A stretch of 64,000 nucleotides of DNA, taken from NCBI GenBank assembly GCA_963422635.1, contig OY730415.1, positions 2,368,385-2,432,384 on the forward strand. The letters run 5' to 3'. The notes under the pieces are model-generated. The model was given only the letters and a program-made list of their open reading frames with translations. It was not told where the DNA came from and did no database searches. Origin of the DNA: Dehalococcoidia bacterium (lineage in GTDB: Bacteria > Chloroflexota > Dehalococcoidia > Lucifugimonadales > UBA3495). The position numbers and the translations under genes were made by a program. This document shows positions 28,948-38,599 of this stretch, piece after piece (the stretch's first letter is position 1; every line of letters begins with the position of its first letter).

Positions 28948-30366
28948 CTAGTCGGAATCCTCAGTCTTCGCTTGCTCGGCCTGTTCCATTTCATACTGGC
29001 GGAGGGTAGCTAAATCCTGGAGCAGGGGGCCCATCTCCTCACTGCCGGCGCTCCGGTTGCCGTAGTGAGAGCCTTGAAATCCTAGCACAATCCGGTCCAC
29101 TGGCTCTGCAGGCACGGAATCATCCAAGCCGCCTTGGTGTTCTCGAGGGGTCTGCCCCGCCGCCTTGGGGAAGCCGATATTATTCGATAGTTCCAGAAAA
29201 CGGTGATACAGCTCCCGCGGGTTCGCCGGTTCCGGGATATGCTCCGCTTCCGCCGTGGCTTTTTGCACCAAATTGTTCCACCAGCCGCCGACCAGGCCGG
29301 AGATGTCCTTGTTGGCTTTGCCCCAGGTAAAGAGGGACTCCCGTACCTCCTGCACATCGCCGGAGCGCCGCAACAACCGGCGAAACCGGAAAACCCGGAA
29401 CAACAGCCAGCCGGCCAGCAAGGTGGCGGTCATAAAGGCGATCCATCTTAAGAGGCTATAAATCCAACCCGGCAGACCGGAGCCCTCCATCTCTTCCAAG
29501 TCTTCATGGAAACGGCGCATTTGTTCCTGGGCCTCGTTCAGGCCGCTTAAGTCGCCGCCGCCCATAATGGTAGTCAGCCAGGCGCCAAAGGACACCAGGG
29601 CGGCGGCAATGTAGCCCAAGCCCATCAGGAGGGGTTTGAGTATCCAGCCACCCACGGTTCCCCCAGTTCGGAGAATAGCCCGGGTCACATCATCCAGACC
29701 ACCCAGACCCAGAGCGCTAATTAACAGCGCCAGCAGCAGCACGGCCCCGACCGCTGCGCCAATGGGGATGAACCAGTCGCGGGACATCATTTGAGAATCT
29801 GCGGATTCAGTGGAGAAGCGAGCCAAGGACAGACCAAGCAGACCTACCGCAAAGAACCCTATTATCAGAAAGCCGCTAACTATCTTTGCCGACACCAGGC
29901 TGTCAACCATAACCGCCCCGATTACTACGACGAGGCCCCACTGAAAAGCGCCTCGCACAGTTTCCAAAGTCACGTCGTCGTGGGCGAGGCTGCTGCCCCG
30001 CCACCATAAGGCTACCAGGAAACCGAAGGTAAGGGTTAGAACAAAGGCCGTCTGAAGGTCGCCATTGAGGATTTTGGCGATCGGCAGAAACCCCACACCA
30101 GCGTTAAGGTTAGCCAGCGCCACCAGGGAAACGAGACTGACCGACAGGCCAATAACACCGCGCAAGTTCAGGGAAAAACGGACCGTCTGAATATATAGGG
30201 AAAGGAGAAATGCCCAAGCCAGGGTAACAAAAACCAGCCACCAGGGAAGACGGGCGGCGGATGTGTTAATCAAAGCGGTGAAAACCGCGATGACCAAATA
30301 AGCGCCGGAGGATTCCAGGAACAGCGCGGTTCCGGTAATGGCGCTAGTTCGCCAGAACTGGCTCAT
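28948..30366 (-). CDS. polytopic membrane protein with C-terminal DUF4129-like domain
   Basis: Multiple TM helices followed by a soluble C-terminus (..PRELYHRFLELSNNIGFPKAAGQTPREH..) of the kind found downstream of MoxR/DUF58 pairs. ATG at 30366 has a GGAGG RBS and overlaps the DUF58 stop by 23 nt. Confidence 0.65.
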   Translation of the reverse strand: MSQFWRTSAITGTALFLESSGAYLVIAVFTALINTSAARLPWWLVFVTLAWAFLLSLYIQTVRFSLNLRGVIGLSVSLVSLVALANLNAGVGFLPIAKILNGDLQTAFVLTLTFGFLVALWWRGSSLAHDDVTLETVRGAFQWGLVVVIGAVMVDSLVSAKIVSGFLIIGFFAVGLLGLSLARFSTESADSQMMSRDWFIPIGAAVGAVLLLALLISALGLGGLDDVTRAILRTGGTVGGWILKPLLMGLGYIAAALVSFGAWLTTIMGGGDLSGLNEAQEQMRRFHEDLEEMEGSGLPGWIYSLLRWIAFMTATLLAGWLLFRVFRFRRLLRRSGDVQEVRESLFTWGKANKDISGLVGGWWNNLVQKATAEAEHIPEPANPRELYHRFLELSNNIGFPKAAGQTPREHQGGLDDSVPAEPVDRIVLGFQGSHYGNRSAGSEEMGPLLQDLATLRQYEMEQAEQAKTEDSD

Positions 30367-31582
30367 GTTCCGCCTCCGCTTCGGCTTCCAGGGCTTCCAG
30401 GGTGCGTCCCAGGGGATAAACGGTGACGTCGGAAAGCCGCAGCTCCGGCCCGCCATCCCCGGCATAGAGTACAATTACCTGATAGCCCCGAGACCGCATT
30501 CCGGCAATCTCGTCGGCCAAGGAACGGGTAACCACCGCCGTAACCAGGGCGATGGTGGCGCCCGGCGGCAGGGAATCCCGCTCATTTCGCAGCACATCGG
30601 TCAGGGCAATTACCGAGTAAGGTCCGGCCAGGGCCAGCGATTCCAGCACCAGGCCTAACTGGAATCTGGAACTGCCCAAGGGAACGCTGAGCCACTTCCC
30701 GGAATACACCGCCACCCCGTTGCTGATTAACCCAAAGCTGTAGCCAGCCTCGTCGCAATGGCTGGCTACAGAGGCGGCAACAGTCACCGCCCGCTCAAAG
30801 AGGCGCCGGTTGCTCCCTTGCCAAGCAAACTCGCTGGTGGTGGCATTCAGGGCAATCAGCACGTTCAGGGATACCACCGGCTCGAATACCCGGGTTTGAA
30901 GTTGCGAGCGGCGGGCGGTGGCTTTCCAGTCGATATGTTTCATCGGGTCCTGCGCTTGGTAATCCCGGAGCCCAAAGAAGCGGCTCGGGTCATGGTAAAT
31001 AGGCCGTTGACCCCGCTCATCGCCCAGGGGATGCTCGGAAGGAAAGATAAGCTCTCGCAAGTCAACAACCCGGGGATATACCAGAAGATGGTCAACTCCG
31101 GTGAAGCGCGTTTCGGCGGCGGTGAAACCGAAGATATCGCCGCTGCGCAGGCGAGCTGGGCCGATGCGGTGATAGCCCCGGGCGCGACATCGGAGGTTAT
31201 ACTTCCAGGTTACCCGCTGGTACGGCAGCAAGGAAGTGGTTATTCGGTGCTCTCGGGCCACCTCCACGCCGGTTCCCCGGACGGTGGCGCCGGGCAAGTC
31301 CAGCTCCGGGGGAAAGTTGTCTTGAATATCCACCCAGATAAGGGGAACCAACTTGTCGTTGGAAAGGGTAACCGTATATTCCAGGGAGTCGCCGACAAAG
31401 GCCCGGCCCTGGCCGAGGGTACGGTAGTGGCTCACTTCTTTGAAGGCGAACCGATCCCAGAATTTGGACAGGAACCAGACGATGAAGACCAGGGAGCCGA
31501 GAACCAATAACAGACCCTGGCTGGCGACCAACCCGATAAAGAGCAGAATGCCGCTGGCAAACAGCCAAAAGTCGTTGAGCAT
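30344..31582 (-). CDS. DUF58 domain protein (vWA-like partner of MoxR)
   Basis: N-terminal TM hairpin, then the DUF58 core (GDIFGF, YHDPSRFFGLRDYQAQDPMKHIDWKATAR). ATG at 31582 (MLNDFW..) was chosen. The track ORF start at 31795 would overlap moxR by 180 nt. Confidence 0.8.
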   Translation of the reverse strand: MLNDFWLFASGILLFIGLVASQGLLLVLGSLVFIVWFLSKFWDRFAFKEVSHYRTLGQGRAFVGDSLEYTVTLSNDKLVPLIWVDIQDNFPPELDLPGATVRGTGVEVAREHRITTSLLPYQRVTWKYNLRCRARGYHRIGPARLRSGDIFGFTAAETRFTGVDHLLVYPRVVDLRELIFPSEHPLGDERGQRPIYHDPSRFFGLRDYQAQDPMKHIDWKATARRSQLQTRVFEPVVSLNVLIALNATTSEFAWQGSNRRLFERAVTVAASVASHCDEAGYSFGLISNGVAVYSGKWLSVPLGSSRFQLGLVLESLALAGPYSVIALTDVLRNERDSLPPGATIALVTAVVTRSLADEIAGMRSRGYQVIVLYAGDGGPELRLSDVTVYPLGRTLEALEAEAEAEHEPVLAN

Positions 31583-31614
31583 TTTCAACCTAGCCGTCGC
31601 GGTTAAATTAGAGG

Positions 31615-32577
31615 TTATACCGGCACGGTCACCTGTTCCAAAATGTCCTGGATGACGCCGGCGGGAGTACGCTCCCGCAGCCGGGCCTGGGATTTGAGGA
31701 TAACCCGGTGGCTGAGGGTGTGGGGCGCCAAGGTCTTGATTTCGTCCGGTGTTACATATTCCCGTCCCCGAATTACGGCCAAGGCCTGGCTGCACCGATA
31801 AAGGCCGACGGTAGCCCGGGGGCTGGCCCCCAACTCCACTTCCGGGTGCTGGCGGGTAGCCTGAACAATACGGACGGCGTAGTTGCGCAGCACCGGGTCA
31901 ACGTACACCCGCCGGGCCAGGGCCTGAAACTCCAAGATTTCCTCAGCGGCGGTTACCGGCTTCAGGTCGGCTAGCGGGTCGGCATTTTCAAACCGGAGCA
32001 GCATCTCTTCCTCTTCCGGCTCATCCGGGTAGCCCAGTTGAAGGCGAATCAGGAAACGGTCAAGCTGAGCTTCCGGCAAGGGGAAAGTGCCTTCCAGTTC
32101 AATCGGGTTCTGGGTAGCGATGACCAGGAAGGGAGCGGGTAAGGCAACGGTGACCTCGTCAATGGTCAATTGCCGCTCCCCCATTGCCTCCAACAGCGCC
32201 GACTGGGTGCGGGGAGTGGCCCGGTTAATTTCGTCAGCCAACACTACCTGAGCAATAATGGGGCCGGGTCGGAACTCGAAGTCTCCGCTTTTCTGGTTAT
32301 AGAAATGGATGCCGGTTATATCCGAAGGCATCAGGTCCGGCGTAAACTGAATGCGCTTGAAAACGCAGTCTAAGGAACCGGCCAGAGCGCGGGCCAAGGT
32401 CGTTTTGCCGATGCCGGGCACGTCCTCGAACAGAATATGTCCCCCGCTCAGCACCGAGGCCAAGGTCAGCTCGACCGCATCATCCTTGCCTACCAGGGCT
32501 CGGCCAATGTTGAGCTTGACACGGGCGGCGGCTTCGGACACCCGGATTACCATTTCAGGGCTGATGACCGTCGCCAC
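31615..32577 (-). CDS. MoxR-family AAA+ ATPase
   Basis: Walker A GVPGIGKT, Walker B VLADEINRA, and TQNPIELEGTFPLPEAQLDRF. The GTG start overlaps the upstream stop by 1 nt (TAGTG). Confidence 0.9.
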   Translation of the reverse strand: MATVISPEMVIRVSEAAARVKLNIGRALVGKDDAVELTLASVLSGGHILFEDVPGIGKTTLARALAGSLDCVFKRIQFTPDLMPSDITGIHFYNQKSGDFEFRPGPIIAQVVLADEINRATPRTQSALLEAMGERQLTIDEVTVALPAPFLVIATQNPIELEGTFPLPEAQLDRFLIRLQLGYPDEPEEEEMLLRFENADPLADLKPVTAAEEILEFQALARRVYVDPVLRNYAVRIVQATRQHPEVELGASPRATVGLYRCSQALAVIRGREYVTPDEIKTLAPHTLSHRVILKSQARLRERTPAGVIQDILEQVTVPV

Positions 32578-33317
32578 TATTCGACTAACCTCTGGGCCGC
32601 TATCCCAGCGGACGGAAGGCCCTGTCTCAGGAAATTCTCCGCATCCCCCAAATCCTTGAAGGAGTCCACACTGCGCCAGAAGGCCCGGGAGGGATGAGCG
32701 GAAATCCGGCCTTCCTGGGCCAATCTGGGGAAGGTCTCAACCTCGTGGTCGCCCAACTCGGGTAGGAGCGGGACAATGCCAGGGTCGAAAACGTAGACGC
32801 CGGCGTTAATCCAGTGGGGCAACTCTACCTTTTCCCGGAAACCCACTACGTCATTCTCTCTATTCAGGTCCACCAGCCCGTAAGGGCTTACCATAGGCGT
32901 TATCATTAGGGTAGCCAAGTGGGACGGGCTGGCCTCTTTTTTCCGCCGGTAACTATCCAGAATGGCGCCGACCCTTTCGACAGTGATAATGTCGCCATTC
33001 AGGACCAACACCGTATCCTCCTCTTTCGGTACGTGGTCAAATCCCTGGCGGATGGCCCCGCCTCGGCCCAAGGGACGGTCTTCCAAGCTGTAGTGGGCGC
33101 GGATGCCATATTTTCCGCCGTCGCCGAAAAAATCCTGGATTATTTGCCCGCGGTAGCCGAGCAAAAAGACCACATCGGAAACGCCTGCGCCCTTCAGCCA
33201 TTCCACCTGGTGCCAAAGGATGGGCTTGTCGCAGAGGGGCGCCATCGGTTTAGGCAGGGTGTCGGTCAAGGGCCGGAGCCGCTCTCCCTTACCCCCGGCC
33301 AGAATTAACGCAAACAT
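32577..33317 (-). CDS. sugar-phosphate nucleotidyltransferase (NDP-sugar pyrophosphorylase family)
   Basis: N-terminus LILAGGKGERLRPLTDTLPKPM is the G-x-G-x-R-L signature. Confidence 0.85.
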   Translation of the reverse strand: MFALILAGGKGERLRPLTDTLPKPMAPLCDKPILWHQVEWLKGAGVSDVVFLLGYRGQIIQDFFGDGGKYGIRAHYSLEDRPLGRGGAIRQGFDHVPKEEDTVLVLNGDIITVERVGAILDSYRRKKEASPSHLATLMITPMVSPYGLVDLNRENDVVGFREKVELPHWINAGVYVFDPGIVPLLPELGDHEVETFPRLAQEGRISAHPSRAFWRSVDSFKDLGDAENFLRQGLPSAGIAAQRLVE

Positions 33318-33446
33318 AAACGCCGGCCTCCAACAAATGGGTCAGACCCAACCTTAAGCGGAAAACGCCTTCCCATCCGGTAGCTGCCAGTAATATACCC
33401 GCAGCCAGCCGGGAGGTCAACGGATCGGGAGGGGCAAGGAACAAAG

Positions 33447-33520
33447 TGGCTGCCCGGCCGGGGTTCGAACCCAGACTTACAGCTCCAAAGGCTGACGTGC
33501 TACCGTTACACTACCGGGCA
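33447..33520 (-). tRNA. tRNA-Gln (anticodon UUG), CCA encoded
   Basis: I folded the cloverleaf by hand on the minus strand. Acceptor stem is TGCCCGG/CCGGGCA, the anticodon loop is CTTTGGA, the T arm is CTGGG-TTCGAAC-CCCGG, and the 3' end is GCCA. Confidence 0.85.
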
Positions 33521-33736
33521 AGGGTAAGCGGGTTCCCAACAATGGGCATTCTTATTCGTAAGATGATAAGAGACGCCGGGAGTTATCCGCAACCGCTCTC
33601 GGACATTCTGACCCTATACCCATCCGTAGTCAAGGGGCCAAGTCCGGCGCCGCAATGCTATAATAGGCGCCGGCAAGGGGCAACGGATAAGACCTCGGCG
33701 CAGCATATCGCCAGCGCCAAAAGGCTTGAGTCGAAC

Positions 33737-34510
33737 ATGAAGAAGCTGCGCGTTTCCTTTTTACACCTGGCGCCGATAACCGGCGACATCGCCCACAACC
33801 GGGCATTGGTGGAGCGAGCTACCCGCGCCGCCGCTGCCGCAGGCGCCGACTGGGTGGTTACCCCGGAATTGTGCATACCCGGCTATCTGTTTATGCGGGA
33901 GATTGGCTCCGACTGGATACTACCCCAGCCTGACGCTTGGACCCAGGGCTACTGCCAGCTGGTTAAAGAGTTGGGTCTTACGGTGTTCTTGTCCCACCCG
34001 GAGCGAAATGTGGCGACGGACCAAATGTTCAATACCGTTTTCGTCATCAACGGCAACGGCGAGATTATCGGCAAGCACCGGAAAATCAAGGCGTTGCGGG
34101 GCGCCGAGGGTTGGTCCACCGCCGGCCAAGAGATTAACCCCATAAATTGCGAGGGGATCCGGGTGGGCATCCTGATTTGCGCCGATGCCTACCAGAACGA
34201 AGTGGCCCAAACCCTCAAGGACAAGGGGGCCGAGCTGCTAGTGTCGCCGGTTTCCTGGGGGCCAGGCCAGTGCGCCCCGGACGGAGAATGGGAACAGCGC
34301 ACCGTGGACAACAACTTGCCCATTATGGTGTGCAACCGCTCCGGCGTGGAGCGGGACGAACTGGACTATCGGCGCGCGGAAAGCGTGGTCGCCAAGAATG
34401 GCCGGCGTCTGCTGGAAGCCACTTCCGACCGTTCCGTGGCGTTGACCTTTGATTGGGATTTGGACGCTATGACGTCGCTTTCCGCAGATTTTAGCCGAGT
34501 TTACCTTTAA
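33737..34510 (+). CDS. carbon-nitrogen hydrolase (nitrilase superfamily)
   Basis: The E-K-C triad context is present (VVTPELCIPGY; GKHRKI; GILICADA). ATG at 33737 was chosen. The track ORF start at 33446 runs through the tRNA-Gln gene. Confidence 0.8.
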   Translation: MKKLRVSFLHLAPITGDIAHNRALVERATRAAAAAGADWVVTPELCIPGYLFMREIGSDWILPQPDAWTQGYCQLVKELGLTVFLSHPERNVATDQMFNTVFVINGNGEIIGKHRKIKALRGAEGWSTAGQEINPINCEGIRVGILICADAYQNEVAQTLKDKGAELLVSPVSWGPGQCAPDGEWEQRTVDNNLPIMVCNRSGVERDELDYRRAESVVAKNGRRLLEATSDRSVALTFDWDLDAMTSLSADFSRVYL

Positions 34511-34626
34511 GGAGACGGTTGCGCCGTCCAGTACCCGGTGTTTCCCTAGTTCACAAGCTCACCGGGAACGGAAAGGACGCGCTGAGGCTAACCGGAAGCG
34601 GCGCCGCGAAAGGACTGCCCTTTCGA

Positions 34627-35061
34627 CTAAAGAGCTTCATTCCCGCTGTCCTCCTGCGGCTGGGCCAAAAACCGCTCCAGAATTATCCCGGCGGCGGCGG
34701 CATCCACATCTCCCCGACGCCGGGAGGGTTGGCCGCCCGATTCCCGCAACCGGTTCTCTGCCTCCAATGAAGTAAACCGCTCGTCCACGGAGTAAACCGG
34801 CAGGTCAGTACGCTTTCGCAAGGCGCGAACAAATCCCTCGGCTTGCCTGGCTTGAGGGCCGACGCCACCGGAAAGGGAATAGGGCATACCCACCACGAAT
34901 CCCTCTATATCTCGCTGCTTGGCTAGGTCCAAAATACGATCCAAGTCCCGGCGGAGGGTAGTCCGTTCCAGGTGTCCGATGGGCAGCGCTGGCACTCTGG
35001 GGGAGCCGCCAGAGGCCAAGCCGATGCGCCGGTTGCCCAAGTCAAGGGCCAGCAACCGCAT
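34627..35061 (-). CDS. ruvX: Holliday junction resolvase-like RuvX (YqgF)
   Basis: MRLLALDLGNRRIGLA..., GMPYSLSG and DERFTS motifs. It lies immediately downstream of alaS, a conserved pairing. Confidence 0.85.
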   Translation of the reverse strand: MRLLALDLGNRRIGLASGGSPRVPALPIGHLERTTLRRDLDRILDLAKQRDIEGFVVGMPYSLSGGVGPQARQAEGFVRALRKRTDLPVYSVDERFTSLEAENRLRESGGQPSRRRGDVDAAAAGIILERFLAQPQEDSGNEAL

Positions 35062-35077
35062 CCGATAACGCCGTCCC

Positions 35078-37792
35078 CTAGCCCTGCCGCCCTTGCCGCA
35101 CCAATTCGGCCACCTGGCGAAGGGCATCTTCCAGCTTGTCCGATTGCCGTCCGCCGGCTTGGGCCATTTCCGGCTGTCCGCCGCCGCCGCCGCCCATCAC
35201 CCGGGCGGCATCCCGGGATATGTTGCCGGCGTGAAGTCCCTGCTCCACCAGGTCGGCGGTTACCATGGTGACCAGGAGAGGGTTGCCGTTGACGATGGCT
35301 CCCAGGGCGATTACCGCGCTGGGTAGCCGGGTCTTGAGAAAGTCGCCCATTTCCCGCAAGGCTTCGGCGTTGGCAGCCGAGGTGCGCCCGGCCACCAACT
35401 TGACCCCGCCCACGTCCTGGACTCGTTCCAGCAAGGCTTCGGCTTCAACTCGTCGGCTGCCCCGCTCCAGGGCGGCCAGGCGGCGGCGCAGGTCATCCGT
35501 GTCTTGAATGAAACTGTCCAGACGAGCCTCCAAGTCAACCACCGGCGTCTGAAGTTTGCGGGCCAAGGATGCCAGCCGAGCCGATTGGTCAACAAAAAGC
35601 TGTTCCGCCGCGCGCCCGGTAACTGCCTCAATACGGCGCATGCCGCCGCCGATGCCGGACTCGCCCAGAACAAAGAGCGCCCCAACTTGGCCGGTGGCCC
35701 CTACGTGGGTGCCGCCACAAACCTCCACGCTGAAGGGTTCAGCGCCGCCAGGTTCGGAATCCGTCATCCGAACTACCCGCACGGTATCGCCGTACTTGTC
35801 GCCAAAAAAGGCCAACGCTCCCTCTCGCACCGCCTCGGCATAGGTGGTTTCGTGAGTGGAAACGGCCAGGTTCTCCCGCACCTTTCCGTTAGCCAGGTTT
35901 TGGACGGATAGTTGCTCCTCCGGAGACAGGGAACCGACATGGCTGAAGTCGAAACGCAGCCGGTCGGGAGACACCAGAGAACCGGCCTGCCGTACGTGGG
36001 ATCCCAAGACGGAACGCAGCGCGGCGTGGAGCAGGTGGGTGCCGCTGTGGTTGCGAGCGGCGTCCAAGCGGCGATGAGTATCCACCTGGGCCGTCACCGG
36101 CTCCCCCAAGGAAATATCGCCCCGTTCCACGACGCCTCGGTGGACAATCAGGCCGGCCACCGGGCTTTGCGTATCCTCCACCCGCACTACCCCATTGGGG
36201 CCAAGGACCAAGCCCCGATCGCCAACTTGCCCCCCGCTTTCGGCATAGAAAGGAGTGTTTTCGAGGACTACTTCTATCTGCTGTCCCTGGATAGCGTGAC
36301 CAACGGCGGCGCTGTCGGCCAACAGGGCGGCCACCACCGTTTCTTGCTCCAAGCGGCGATAGCCGACGAAGTGAGACGGGCCACTACCCAGATTTTCGTA
36401 GGCGCGGTGCATCTCCATACTGCCGGAGAAACCCTGGGCAGCGCGGGACTGTTCCCGCTGCGCCGCCATCTCCCGCTCAAAGCCCTCCAGGTCCACGTCT
36501 TGGCCCTGCTCCCGGGCAATTTCGCCAGTCAGCTCTGGGGGAAACCCGTAGGTGTCATAAAGCAGGAATACCGACAAACCGGGCAGGACTCCCGCGCTGT
36601 TTCTTAACTCTTCCTCAAGGATTGGCAATCCCGCGTCAATAGTTCGCCCGAACCGTTCTTCCTCCAAGCCGATGACCCGCAGAATAAAGGCATGGTTCTC
36701 CGCCAGTTCCGGGTAAGCTTGGCGGAATCGTTCTAGTACCGCCACCGCCACCTCGGTCAGGAAGGGTTGGTCGAGTCCCAAGCGGCGGCCGTAGCGGATG
36801 GCGCGGCGGATTACCCGGCGCAGCACGTAGCCTCGACCCTCGTTGCCGGGCGCCACCCCATCGCCAATCAGGAAAGAAGCGGCCCGGGCATGCTCCGCCA
36901 CCACCCGCAGGGCATAGTCCGTCGCCAAGTCGGCGCCATAGGTCTTGCCGCTAAGCTGGCAAGCTATATCTATAATTGGCTGGAACAGGTCGGTCTCGTA
37001 AACGCTGGATTTGCCTTGCAGAACGGCGGCGGCCCGTTCCAGGCCCATACCGGTATCCACACTGGGGGCCGGCAGGGATGTGCGGTTGCGCTGGGTATCC
37101 TGGTAAAACTGCATAAAGACCAGGTTCCACAGCTCGACGAAGCGCTCGCAGTCGCAGTTGGGATGGCAGCCGGGCGGGGGAAGATTCTCGCCCTCGTCCC
37201 GCTCCCGCCGGAACTGGGCGGTCAGTACCTCCGGCGGCGCCATTGGCCCGCAGCCCTTCGCGGCGCCGGCGTCATAATGAAGCTCCGAGCAGGGGCCGGT
37301 GGGACCTTCGGTTCCCGCCGGGCCCCACCAATTATCGCTGTCGCCGTAGCGGTAGATACGTTCTGGCGGCACGCCGATTTCGTCTCGCCAAATCGCAAAA
37401 GCCTCGTCATCGTCCAGGTGGATGGTTACGTAAAGGCGTTCCGGAGGGAGCTTGAACCGAGTAGTAACCAACTCCCAAGCAAAGGCGGCGGCTTGGCTCT
37501 TGAAGTAGTCGCCGATGCTGAAGTTGCCCAGCATTTCAAAGAAGGTCAGGTGCTTATGATCGCCCACCTCGTCAATGTCAGTAGTGCGAAAACTCTTCTG
37601 GGAACTGGTCAGTCGCCGGTTCGGCGGGGTCTGTTCGCCCATAAAGAAGGGCTTGAAAGGCACCATGCCGGCGCTGGTAAACAGGAGGGTAGGGTCGCCC
37701 GCCGGAATTAGGGATGCGCTGGGCATCTGAAGATGGCCTTTGCTCTCAAAAAACTGGATGTAGGAGTTTCTAATTTCGTCTCCGGTCATCAA
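35078..37792 (-). CDS. alaS: alanine--tRNA ligase
   Basis: Class II AlaRS N-terminus (FFESKGH...PSASL, FTSAGM), the editing-domain HxxxH...CGGTH motif, and a DHHA1 C-terminus. Confidence 0.97.
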   Translation of the reverse strand: MMTGDEIRNSYIQFFESKGHLQMPSASLIPAGDPTLLFTSAGMVPFKPFFMGEQTPPNRRLTSSQKSFRTTDIDEVGDHKHLTFFEMLGNFSIGDYFKSQAAAFAWELVTTRFKLPPERLYVTIHLDDDEAFAIWRDEIGVPPERIYRYGDSDNWWGPAGTEGPTGPCSELHYDAGAAKGCGPMAPPEVLTAQFRRERDEGENLPPPGCHPNCDCERFVELWNLVFMQFYQDTQRNRTSLPAPSVDTGMGLERAAAVLQGKSSVYETDLFQPIIDIACQLSGKTYGADLATDYALRVVAEHARAASFLIGDGVAPGNEGRGYVLRRVIRRAIRYGRRLGLDQPFLTEVAVAVLERFRQAYPELAENHAFILRVIGLEEERFGRTIDAGLPILEEELRNSAGVLPGLSVFLLYDTYGFPPELTGEIAREQGQDVDLEGFEREMAAQREQSRAAQGFSGSMEMHRAYENLGSGPSHFVGYRRLEQETVVAALLADSAAVGHAIQGQQIEVVLENTPFYAESGGQVGDRGLVLGPNGVVRVEDTQSPVAGLIVHRGVVERGDISLGEPVTAQVDTHRRLDAARNHSGTHLLHAALRSVLGSHVRQAGSLVSPDRLRFDFSHVGSLSPEEQLSVQNLANGKVRENLAVSTHETTYAEAVREGALAFFGDKYGDTVRVVRMTDSEPGGAEPFSVEVCGGTHVGATGQVGALFVLGESGIGGGMRRIEAVTGRAAEQLFVDQSARLASLARKLQTPVVDLEARLDSFIQDTDDLRRRLAALERGSRRVEAEALLERVQDVGGVKLVAGRTSAANAEALREMGDFLKTRLPSAVIALGAIVNGNPLLVTMVTADLVEQGLHAGNISRDAARVMGGGGGGQPEMAQAGGRQSDKLEDALRQVAELVRQGRQG

Positions 37793-38056
37793 TGTGGTTC
37801 ACCTGCTCCCTTCATCGGGTTATAAGGTTGGGTCAAGTATAAGGCCCGGCAAGGCTCGGTGGGCCGGTGGCCCGATGGGATTGTATGCCAGCGACAAAGG
37901 GAGCGTCAATTGAGCCGGCGAGGGAGGATACCCCGTTCCGGGCAGCCCGGGGAGCGCTTTCCGGGCCGCGCTACAGAGCCGACCGACTACCCACATTTCG
38001 GGCAGACCCGGGGGGCCGGCTGGGCAAGGGGCCGCCGGGGATCGCTGCGGCCAGAG

Positions 38057-38144
38057 GGATCTGCCCTGGCGGATAATCCAAAGGGAGTCCGGGCCAACAG
38101 AAAATGGAACCTGGTCGGATCTGCCCTGGCGGATAATCCAAAGG
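38057..38144. repeat. two identical 28-nt direct repeats (60-nt period) upstream of the SWIM gene promoter
   Basis: GGATCTGCCCTGGCGGATAATCCAAAGG occurs at 38057-38084 and 38117-38144. Each copy contains the palindrome GGATAATCC. Confidence 0.9.
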
Positions 38145-38168
38145 CCCCGAAAATGCAGCGGCCAAACC

Positions 38169-38197
38169 TTGACCCTAACCCGACGGCACCTTACAAT
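38169..38197 (+). promoter_or_regulatory. candidate promoter (TTGACC, 17 nt, TACAAT) for the SWIM zinc-finger gene
   Basis: Hexamers at 38169-38174 and 38192-38197. Confidence 0.45.
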
Positions 38198-38268
38198 TTA
38201 ATTGTCCATTAATATTTTGTCATGGCTAGTCGGCAAGCTAAATCCCAACCAAAAGGCCGGAGGTTTGA

Positions 38269-38523
38269 ATGAATTCCAGCTTTATCGGGAAGATTGACAA
38301 AGCCAAGAAGTACGCCGAAGAGAGAGAACGGGTTACTATTAACAGCTTTCACGCTACCTTTGAGGGTAACCACAACACCTACCAGGTCAAGTTTGAGTCT
38401 GGCGAATGGCGCTGCGAATGTTTATTCTTTACCACCCGAGGCGTTTGCAGTCACACTATGGCTTTGCAGCGAATTCTGGATGATGTGCTGGCGCACCAGG
38501 AAAAGTCTGCCGAAGCCGTTTAG
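38269..38523 (+). CDS. small SWIM-type zinc-finger protein
   Basis: 84 aa with the CxC-x10-CxH signature (CECLFFTTRGVCSH). A GGAGG RBS lies upstream. Confidence 0.7.
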   Translation: MNSSFIGKIDKAKKYAEERERVTINSFHATFEGNHNTYQVKFESGEWRCECLFFTTRGVCSHTMALQRILDDVLAHQEKSAEAV

Positions 38524-38599
38524 CCCGGCTGCGGGGCAGCTATTTCCTACCGCCACCGGTGGATCGGTCAGACTCTAGCCGTAGGCCAATCAAACGCTC

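Noticed and set aside
33446-33736. N-terminal 97 codons of the track ORF 33446..34510
   Set aside because: This part of the ORF is the reverse complement of tRNA-Gln and of non-coding spacer. The C-N hydrolase homology begins at the ATG at 33737.
36767-37711. 314-aa ORF antisense to alaS
   Set aside because: The alaS identification on the other strand is unambiguous, and this frame has no motifs.
38057-38144. Possible mini-CRISPR array (28-nt repeats with a 32-nt spacer); the same thought applied to 19737..19825
   Set aside because: Each locus has only two repeat copies. The two repeat families are unrelated. There are no cas genes or leader-like features in the window. I report them as plain direct repeats instead.
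37859-38212. 117-aa ORF spanning the 28-nt direct repeats
   Set aside because: It is Arg/Gly/Pro-rich with no RBS. The repeated peptide GSALADNPK is only the translation of the DNA repeat.
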